Below are positions 1 to 7,779 of a DNA stretch of 24,000 nucleotides, one piece after another. The stretch is from assembly GCA_034520565.1 (NCBI GenBank), contig JAXHNL010000002.1:1127722-1151721 (forward strand), read 5' to 3'. Position 1 is the stretch's first letter. Each line of letters begins with the position of its first letter. The position numbers and the translations under genes were made by a program. The stretch comes from Halodesulfurarchaeum sp. GTDB taxonomy: Archaea; Halobacteriota; Halobacteria; Halobacteriales; Halobacteriaceae. The notes under the pieces are model-generated. The model searched no databases. It saw only the letters and a list, made by a program, of their open reading frames with translations, and was not told the origin of the DNA.

Positions 1-218
1 GAACCGTCCGGAAAAACAGGGCGGAAACGACGAGAATCGCGAACACGAGGAGTCCCGTGCTGAGCGCGTGACCTGGGTAGGACCCGATGCGGGGAATGAG
101 CACGACTTCCCTGGAACCCGCCATTGAGCACCGCCAGTACCGCCATGAGAAGCCAGGCTCCGAGGGGATAGAGGAGTGCCGCAAGCCCGCTCGATTGTGC
201 GCCGATCGTCGAAGACAT
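1..218 (-). pseudogene. Small integral membrane protein, 5' part; the gene runs off the left edge and has an apparent frameshift near 112
   Basis: Reverse-strand ATG at 216-218. My hand translation gives MSSTIGAQSSGLAALLYPLGAWLLMAVLAVLNGGF. The hydrophobic reading then continues only in another frame: REVVLIPRIGSYPGHALSTGLLVFAILVVSALFFRTV to position 1. The original frame turns into Arg/Pro-rich nonsense. It is absent from the ORF track because it is truncated. No family recognised. Confidence 0.4.
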
Positions 219-327
219 CGTCTGAACCATTTCGGAATCGTGGCCGCCAGATCGCTTAAGGACATCTACATGTTCGCAACGGGTCTGTTCTGCCGACGAA
301 TCGAGCTGCTACCGCCGACGCCGTCGA

Positions 328-740
328 TCACGGAGTCGTCGAACCGGAGTGACTGGTCAATTCTGGTCGACTGCGGACGAAACCGAGGACCCCGCCCACC
401 AGTCCGAGGATGGCGGAAAGCCCGAGTGTAACGACGGCGCCAGCGTCGAGGATCATGAGGCCGACTCCGAACGAAAGGAGGAAGGCAAGACTGAACCCGG
501 CGGCACCCGTCGCGATTCGTCGTCGAAGTGATTCCTGAGACACCAGTCCGGCCGCCACGAACGCTGAAAGGATGACTCCCAAAAGCAATCCGGCGGGGAT
601 GCCGCGAGAAGAGCGAAAGAGCTTCGGATTCGGGGCTCGAGGATCGCGCTCACTGCGCCACCGACCAACACTGCCGTCGCGAAAAACGTGCCCGGAACGA
701 GGACGAGCAGCCGCCAGTTCACGTGCCCTGTTCCAGTCAT
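328..740 (-). pseudogene. Small multi-pass membrane protein (about 137 aa), split by a frameshift in a G4/C4 run near 595-598
   Basis: ORF 453..740 gives MTGTGHVNWRLLVLVPGTFFATAVLVGGAVSAILEPRIRSSFALLAA and then turns to nonsense. The hydrophobic sequence resumes in the frame of ORF 328..588 as IPAGLLLGVILSAFVAAGLV...GLMILDAGAVVTLGLSAILGLVGGVLGFV. It starts 9 nt after the stop of the upstream gene. Confidence 0.5.
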
Positions 741-749
741 CGGTGGGAC

Positions 750-1079
750 TTACTCCTGGGTGAGATCTTCGACGGGTCGCTCCTCGATCATCGGCTCGTC
801 CGTCGACTCCGCCGCCGTGTCGGTTTCGGGTTTAGCCCCGATCCGGAACCGGCGCCAGGCGATTACACCGGCTACCAGCCCAGTCGCGACGCCCGCGATG
901 CCGACGACCAGACGGGTGCTCGGGCGTCGACTGGACGAGGACGGTTCGCTCACGGGACTGTGTTCGTCGTGCTCCGATCCGCCCAGATCCATGTCGGGTG
1001 GTGTGTCAGCACCGATGCTGGCCGGGCCGATCTGTGCGCCGTCGAAGTGCGGTTCGAAAAGGGTGATTTTTGAAACCAT
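750..1079 (-). CDS. Small acidic protein (109 aa) with one C-terminal-half transmembrane helix; hypothetical
   Basis: Only the last 109 codons of track ORF 750..1838 look coding: MVSKITLFEPHFDGAQIGP...STRLVVGIAGVATGLVAGVIAWRRF...EERPVEDLTQE. The ATG is at 1077-1079. The rest of that ORF is the antisense shadow of the ABC ATPase gene. Confidence 0.6.
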   Translation of the reverse strand: MVSKITLFEPHFDGAQIGPASIGADTPPDMDLGGSEHDEHSPVSEPSSSSRRPSTRLVVGIAGVATGLVAGVIAWRRFRIGAKPETDTAAESTDEPMIEERPVEDLTQE

Positions 1080-1226
1080 ACTCGAAATAGGCGAGCAACG
1101 ATTATGGGGTAGAGTATGGTTCTCGCCGGCTGAGAACGACAACGCTGGTGGGTCGGTCTCACAGCCGCAGGCGTGACCTGTCAATCGGCGACACCGACAT
1201 AACCCGTCGGGTCCAACCTCCGGGTT

Positions 1227-2249
1227 ATGAGTTCTGAACCCGCCCACCGATCGGACTTCTCCCAGCGATCTCCCGCCGATTCGGCCAGGGAGTCCCCACC
1301 GGGGACTGACGTCGCCATCCAGACGAGTGGGCTGACGAAACGCTACGGCGACGCCGTCCTCGCCGTCGACGACCTCGACCTCACGGTCTACGCGGGCGAA
1401 ATTTTCGGCTTCCTCGGCCCGAACGGGGCGGGAAAGTCGACGACGATCGACGTGCTCATGGATTATAGCCGGCCGACGGCCGGCACCGCGACGGTACTCG
1501 GGATGGATAGCCAGCGGGAGACCCGAGACATCCACCGCCGCGTCGGCATTCTTCCTGACGGATACGGCCTCTACGACCGGCTTACCGGCCGGGAGCACCT
1601 CGAATATGCGATCGACCTCAAGGGCGCCGACGACGATCTCGACGACCTGCTCGACCGGGTCGGACTCGCTCCGGAGGCCGCCGCCCGGAAGACGGGTGGC
1701 TATTCGAAAGGGATGGGGCAGCGACTGGCCCTCGCGATCGCGCTCGTCGGGGATCCCGACCTGTTGATTCTCGACGAACCGTCCTCGGGGCTGGATCCGA
1801 ACGGGGTGCGGCTGGTCCGGGAGATCGCTCGCGACCACGCCGATCGGGGGAAGACGGTCTTCGGCTCGCGTCGATCAGGCCAGGTCGAGGCGGTCTGTGA
1901 TCGGGTCGCGATCCTCGATTCGGGTCAGCCGAGCTCGCCGTGGAGTCCATCGACGGCCTCCGGGAACTCGCTTGGGACTGGTTCGACGATGACGCTCACT
2001 GTCGAGGAGGTGCCGGCCGACCTGTCCTTGGATGCGCTGGCGGGGGTCAGCACCGTGAGCGTCGACGGCCGTCAGATACGTGTCACAGTCGACGAACCGG
2101 AGGCGAAGATCGCCGTCATCGACCGGGTCCGGGAGGCAGGGGCGACGCTCCTCGACATCTCGACCGACGAAGCGTCTCTGGAGGATCTGTTCGCCGCTTC
2201 GACCGGTGCTGGACGGTCTCGAACCGGGGAGACGGAGGGCGGGCGATGA
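1227..2249 (+). CDS. ABC transporter ATP-binding protein (ABC-2/NosF-like); the ORF is open but holds a locally out-of-frame 15-codon patch
   Basis: Walker A is GPNGAGKST, the signature is YSKGMGQRL and Walker B/D-loop is LLILDEPSSGLDP. Between about 1928 and 1973 the family-typical sequence AELAVESIDGLRELA is readable only in the neighbouring frame. No H-loop His codon exists in any frame of 1855-1890. The stop overlaps the permease start (ATGA at 2246-2249). Confidence 0.85.
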   Translation: MSSEPAHRSDFSQRSPADSARESPPGTDVAIQTSGLTKRYGDAVLAVDDLDLTVYAGEIFGFLGPNGAGKSTTIDVLMDYSRPTAGTATVLGMDSQRETRDIHRRVGILPDGYGLYDRLTGREHLEYAIDLKGADDDLDDLLDRVGLAPEAAARKTGGYSKGMGQRLALAIALVGDPDLLILDEPSSGLDPNGVRLVREIARDHADRGKTVFGSRRSGQVEAVCDRVAILDSGQPSSPWSPSTASGNSLGTGSTMTLTVEEVPADLSLDALAGVSTVSVDGRQIRVTVDEPEAKIAVIDRVREAGATLLDISTDEASLEDLFAASTGAGRSRTGETEGGR

Positions 2250-3073
2250 CCTGGTTCGTCATCGCCCGCAAGGAGTTCGAGGACGCGCTCCGATCGCGAA
2301 TGCTCTGGGCCATCGTCGTCCTCGATCGCGGCGATGACTTCGCTCGCCGCGGGTGTGATGGCGCCGATTCCCGGTGTGGATGGAGACCCGGTCTCGGCTA
2401 TCGGTGCGGCCTCCCAATTCGCGGCCATGCTGGTGCCGATCATGGCGCTGATCGCCGGTTACCTCGCGATCGCCGGGGAACGCGAGTCCGGGAGCCTGAA
2501 AATCCTCTTGGGACTGCCGCCCTCGCGCGGCGAGGTTCTCGCCGGGAAATTCCTCGGCCGGGCGGCCGTCGTCGGCATCGGCGTCGCGGCCGGATTTGCG
2601 ATTTCGGGCGTCGTCACCGCTGCGCTCTACGGGGTGCTCCGGTGATCGATTTCGTCGGCGTCACTGTCCTCTCGGCGGTGCTCGGGATAAGTTTCGTCGG
2701 AATCGCGGTCGGTATTTCGGCGACGACGGCGGTCAGATCCCGGGCGATGACCCTCGCCGTCACGGCGTATCTCGTCTTGACCCTCCTCTGGGACATCGTT
2801 CCCCAGGGTGTCCACCTGCTGGTCGCGGGTTCGATGCCCGGGCCGACCGTCCCCGGTTGGTTCCTCCTGCTCCAGGGAGCGAGTCCGTCGGGGGCATACA
2901 ACGCCCTCGTACAGCGGGTGCTCATGGACACGGATGCCGCGCTTTCGGCCCGGCTCGGTGGCGAGGTTCCGGCGTTTCTCGACGCCCCGGTCTTCGTCGG
3001 GATACTGCTTCTCTGGACGGCCCTACCGCTTGTGTTCGGGTACCTCCGCTTCCGACGGGCGGATCTGAGCTAA
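2246..3073 (+). pseudogene. ABC-2 type transporter permease (NosY-like), with two frame changes (about 2324 and 2640)
   Basis: The N-terminus MTWFVIARKEFEDALRSRMLWAIVVL is in frame 2. The middle, AAMTSLAAGVMAPIPG...LVPIMALIAGYLAIAGERESGSLKILLGLPPSRGEVLAGKFLGRAAVVG...ALYGVL, reads only in frame 3 (ORF 2334..2645). The C-terminus VIDFVGVTVLSAVLGISFVG...LPLVFGYLRFRRADLS is back in frame 2. Translationally coupled to the ATPase. Confidence 0.75.
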
Positions 3074-3074
3074 C

Positions 3075-5782
3075 TCAGTCGCCCTCGATGGCCTCGGTGA
3101 CCCGTTCGTGAAACGCCCGGAGCGCCGCGTCTTCGTCCTCGGCGAGCACGACGTCGCTCGCGGAGAGCGTGGCGAGCCCGAAGGAGAGGGGGCTGGGCGA
3201 GGAGAGCGTCTGGCTCCGGATGGCGATCGACCCGTCCTGAATGGCCTCGAGTATCTGCTCGATCCCCGCGAGGTCGAGTTTGTCCTCGATTATCTCGCGG
3301 TGGGTTTCCGCGAGCACGGCAAAATCCTCGAGGTTCTCGGCGAACCCGAGCAGCATTTCTGCTGAGACCTGTTGTCGGCTGGCGCTTTTCTCGTGGCCCT
3401 TGTACCGCTTGAGGATCATCAACGAACGCGTGGCGTTGATCCGGAAGTACCGCTCCCGGAGATCGGTGCCGTTGAGACTCGATTCGAGGAGATCCCGGGC
3501 CTCATCGGGGGTCGTGGATTCGAGTAGTCCGACCACGTCGACCTTGCGATTCAGCGGCATCGAGAGGGTAAAGCCCGAGTCGCCGACAGCGATCGTCACG
3601 TTGGCCGTGGCCTCGACGGCGATCTGGTGGGCGAGGATCCGCGAGAGTCCGTCGTTGAACCGCCGGCCGTACGGTCGAGTGAACGTAGTAGTCGGCGCTC
3701 GGTACTCGTCGTGGTCCGTGTCGCTCCTCGACGACGCAGTCGATCGGGTGTACTCACGCTCTCGGGACCGGCGTAGACGAGTTGCCGGTCGATCATCCGG
3801 GCCAGTGCCCTGACGCTTTCCTCGTCGATCGGCAACTCCCGAAGATGGACGCGGACCGCGCGGCCGCCCGCCATCGGCGATATCGAGGAGGCGTTCCTGA
3901 AACGCCGCAATCTCGACTCCGAGGTCGAAGGATCGGGGCAGGCGCTCGGAGTACCACGAGGGGACCGTCGCCCGCTCGCTCGTCCGGTCGACGTAGACCT
4001 TCGACCCGCGGCGGTAGCGGTACTCGTACCGTTCGCCGCCGAGGACGAAGACGTCTCCCGGCTCGAGGGTGTCGAGGTAGTCCTCGTCGAGGTCGCCGAC
4101 CCACTGGTCCTCCCCCCGGACGAAAACGTTGCAGGAAAAGGAATCCGGGATCGTCCCCACGTTCGTCATGTAGATGACGCGGGCGAGCCGGCCGCGTTTG
4201 CCGAGAAGCCGCGCTCCAACCGGATAGTCGGGATAGTGGTGTTCGCCATCGGGCGGGTCGTTCTCGTCGCGCCAGATCTTCGCGTAGACGTTCCGGTCCT
4301 CCATCCCCTCGTAGTCGGCGCGGAGGTAGCGGAGCAACTGCTCGAATTCCGCGTCGGTGTAGTTCCTGTAGGGATAGGCTCGACGGAGGATCGACTCGAC
4401 TTCCGCGAGCGGTCGGGGGCCGTTGATCGCCATTCCGTAGACCTGCTGGGCGGCGACGTCCTGTGCTCGTTCGGGGACGTAACACCCGATCGACGAACCC
4501 GGCCTCGGCCCGGTCGAGCATCGACGGTACACTCGACGAGTTCGTCCAGATCGAGCGCGAACACTCGGCCGGTGACGGTCTCACCGATTTGATGGCCGGC
4601 CCGCCCGACACGCTGGAGGAGCGCGGCGACGGACTTCGGGGAGCCCACTTGAACCACCAGGTCGATGTCTGGCATGTCGATTCCCAGTTCGAGACTCGTC
4701 GAAGTCGTCACCACGTCGAGGGCCCCGTCTTTCAATGCCTGCTCGACCTCCTGTCGTCGATCCTTGGAGAGGGACCCATGATGGGCCCCCGATTTCTCCT
4801 CCGCTACGTCATCGCGCTCCCGGAGGTTCTCCAGCACGCGTTCGGCCCCGGACCGGGTGTTCGTGAACACGAGCGTGCTGTCGTGTGTCTCGATCAGCTC
4901 GGCGAGCTGGTCGTAGAACCGCTCCTGTATCACCGTCCGCGGCGTTTCGATCAGGTCCGCGGTCGGCGTGACGAGTTCCATATCGTACTCCCGCATCGAA
5001 CTCGGGTGTCGACCTCGCTGCGGACCTCGTCTCGGTCGTCCGTCCTCGCGAGCCCGCCGAGAAACGTCCGCGATCGTCTCGAGGGGCTCGACCGTGGCCG
5101 AACAGCCGATTCGAGTGGGCTCGTCGTCCGCGAGGGCGGCGAGCCGCTCCAGGCTCACGGCGAGGTGGGTCCCGCGCTTGTTGTCAGCGAGGCTGTGGAT
5201 CTCGTCGACGATGACGTACTCGACCGTCCGGAGTTTCTCCTTGAACTTCGGGGAGTTGAGCAGGATGGCGAGCGTCTCCGGCGTCGTGTTGAGGATGTGT
5301 GGGGTCTCCTCGAGCATCGCCTGCCGGGTGGCCGAATCCGTGTCGCCGTGCCTGATCGCGTGACGGATCTCTTCGACGTCCTCGCCCCGGTCATCGAGGC
5401 GGTCGTAAATCCCGTCGAGTGGAGCTTCGAGGTTCCGATGGATATCGTTCGCGAGGGACTTCAGCGGGGAGACATAGAGGCAGTAGACCGTGTTCTCGAG
5501 CCCCTCGGCTCGCTCGCGAACGAACAGTTCGTTGATGATCGCGGTGAAGCTCGCCAGGGTCTTGCCGGATCCGGTGGGGCTCGCGATGAGGGTGTGATCG
5601 TCCTCGGCGATGTGTGGAATCGCCTCGCGCTGGGGCGGCGTGAAGTAGCCCCCATTTTCCGGGACGAACTCGCCGAACTGGTCCATCCACCACTCCCGGA
5701 CGGCCGGTTCCAGGGTTTCGAGGAGGTCGCCGTCGGGGACCGAGTCGGGATCGGGCGCCACCGCGGGTATCTCCGTACCCAT
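3075..5782 (-). pseudogene. lhr: Lhr-type (large helicase-related) DEAD/DEAH-box superfamily-2 helicase, about 900 aa, interrupted by at least 7 frame changes
   Basis: N-terminal core motifs are ASPTGSGKT (Walker A), VIVDEIHS (DExH), CSAT, TSTSLELGID and QRVGRAGH. The C-terminal Lhr-associated region is readable by hopping between track ORFs 4166..5953, 3793..4611, 3075..4532 and 3596..3910, e.g. ECTV|MLDRAEAGFVDRV|YVPERAQDVAAQQVYGMA and LLDIA|MAGGRAVRVHLRELPIDEESVRALARMIDRQLVYAG. The ATG at 5780-5782 gives MGTEIPAV. Confidence 0.85.
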
Positions 5783-5930
5783 TCGATACCGGATAGGACT
5801 TCCGGGGGGTTGTAGCTGTTGGCCGAGCCGGTTTCCGACCGGCCGCTCAACCATTGCGAGCGTCGGGCCGGACCGGGGCCGATTCGTGGCTGGCCACAAC
5901 CGTTTTCTCCAATCGATCCCGACACCCCCC

Positions 5931-6662
5931 ATGCAGCTGATTTTCCTCGGCACCGGTTCCGCGATGCCGACTGCCGACCGGGTCCAGTCCGGGCTCCTCC
6001 TCGAGGATGGTGATCGCCGACTCCTCGTCGACGCCGGGAGCGGGGTTCTTCACCGACTTGCAGCCACCGAAACGGGATACGAGGGTGTGGAGACGGTCCT
6101 ACTCACCCATCACCACCTCGATCACGTCGCCGATCTCATGCCACTCTTCAAAGCCAGGTGGCTGGCCGGCGAATCGTCGCTCACGGTTGTGGGTCCCCCG
6201 GGGACTGAAGCGCTCGTTGACGGCCTGCTCGAGGTCCACGACTACCTCCGGGGGCGGCTGTCGGTTGCCGTCAGGGAACTCGAACCCGGCCAGGCCACTG
6301 TCGCCGGATTTGCCGTCACCGCCATGGCGAATCGCCATTCGATGGAGGGCTTTGCCTACCGGTTCGACGACCGGCTCACGATCTCCGGTGACACCCGGGA
6401 GTTCCAGGCTCTGGTGGACTTCGCCGAGGTCGGATCAGTCCTCGTTCACGACTGCTCGTTCCCCGACGACGTGGACCTCGATACCCACACGACGCCGACG
6501 AAATTGAGCCGGGTCCTCGACGGCGCCGACCTCGACCGGGTCTACCTCACCCATCTCTACCCCCACACCGACGGGAAGCACGCGGCCATGGTCGAGACGA
6601 TCGAGTCCCGGTTCGATGGCGAGGTGCTGGTCGCCGAAGACGGCATGCAGATCGGCGTTTGA
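5931..6662 (+). CDS. MBL-fold metallo-hydrolase (beta-lactamase / RNase Z-like superfamily)
   Basis: [14 protein letters not shown] start and HxHxDH motif ([13 protein letters not shown]), with downstream conserved His/Asp ([15 protein letters not shown]). I prefer the internal ATG at 5931 over the track start at 5886, because the family typically begins at the beta-strand LIFLGTG. Confidence 0.85.
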   Translation: MQLIFLGTGSAMPTADRVQSGLLLEDGDRRLLVDAGSGVLHRLAATETGYEGVETVLLTHHHLDHVADLMPLFKARWLAGESSLTVVGPPGTEALVDGLLEVHDYLRGRLSVAVRELEPGQATVAGFAVTAMANRHSMEGFAYRFDDRLTISGDTREFQALVDFAEVGSVLVHDCSFPDDVDLDTHTTPTKLSRVLDGADLDRVYLTHLYPHTDGKHAAMVETIESRFDGEVLVAEDGMQIGV

Positions 6663-6673
6663 GAGCTGCAGGA

Positions 6674-7739
6674 TCACTCGATCGGATACCGCAGCAACGC
6701 CGCCACACCGCCCAAATTTCGCAGTTGTTTCCCCGGATCGAACTCGTGGGAGAAGACGGTGATTTCCCCGCCCTGGTTTTCGACCTGCCGGATCAGGTCG
6801 TTCGCATCCAACTTCCAGTCGCCCTCGCCGGCCCGCTCCAGTCGGAGCCGCTCGTCGAGAATGAGGAGTTGCTCGACGGCCCCGTACTCGGTTGCCTGGG
6901 CGACGTCGTCGAGCCCGTAGGCGGCCGCCCCGTCGCCGCCTATCCGCTCTGTCAACTCGTCGATGGCCGCGCTTTCCTCGGCGATCCGGGTCTCGCGACG
7001 GACGTCGGCGACGGCCCCGCGCTTGAGCACCTCGTGGACGCCGCGACCCCCGACCGCGCTCGTGTCGACGACCGTGACGGTCTCGGTGATCTCGGGATGG
7101 GACTCGATATGTTCGAGGGCGTCCTGTTTGGTGAAGCCGGGACCGGCGAGGATGACGGCGTCGACGTCCAGGCGGCCGAGGCGCGTCCGCGAGTTCCTCG
7201 AAGAGTTCCTCGCGCCCGCCCGTGTACTCGCCCTTGCCGGTCGTATTCGTTAGCGAGACGTACTCGTCGACGCCGTACTGGGCGACGGTGTGGACGTGGG
7301 CCTCGCCCTCGCCGACGGTGGCAATGGCGACGGTGGGCTGGTCCGTGGCTTCCTCGGCCTCCTCGATGCGCTCGCGCTGGTCCGGTTGCCAGATCTTCTC
7401 GATCTCGATCGTGTCGTGTTCCTCGACGTTGATAGTGTGATGGAGGCCGAGCTGGTCCTCGCGGGAGCAGTCTTCGATGGTTCCTCCCACGCGGAGCCGG
7501 TTCGAGAACTTGTGGAACTCGACGTCCTCGACGGCGAGTGTGACGTGCATGTGCTCGCGTTCGCCGCCGGTGTCCCGCATGTTCTCCTCCTGGCGCTGGA
7601 TGCGACGATGGGTGTCCCCGGAGACGAAATCGCCGGGCTCGATGACGTAGGTGAGATGCCAGAGGTCGTCGAGACTTTCGGGGACGAGGCTCACCGCCTC
7701 GCGACCGCCCTCCCGTGCCGACCACTCCCTGACGTGCAT
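6674..7739 (-). pseudogene. pelA: Pelota (aPelota/Dom34 homologue, mRNA surveillance and ribosome rescue), broken by one frameshift near 7181
   Basis: The N-terminus MHVREW...[33 protein letters not shown]... is in the frame of ORF 6435..8072 up to [11 protein letters not shown]. The continuation [57 protein letters not shown]... reads only in the frame of ORF 6674..7030, which ends ...[29 protein letters not shown]. Total length is 1066 nt, i.e. 355 codons plus one extra base. Confidence 0.85.
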
Positions 7740-7779
7740 GGTGGTGCTTTGCCGCGTTCGCCTAAGTCGATTCCCTTTC

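Noticed and set aside
750-1838. 362-aa ORF, and likewise the 524-aa ORF 13953..15527.
   Set aside because: Only the 3' 109 codons (small membrane protein) and the 3' 195 codons (tdk) respectively look coding. The upstream parts are antisense or other-frame read-through across neighbouring genes (the ABC ATPase; the FMN reductase and mutY).
7150-7215. Programmed ribosomal frameshifting in pelota.
   Set aside because: There is no X XXY YYZ slippery heptamer or +1 shifty stop/rare codon at the junction, and no downstream structure that I can see. The same region of the window carries many other indels, so error or decay is the simpler explanation.
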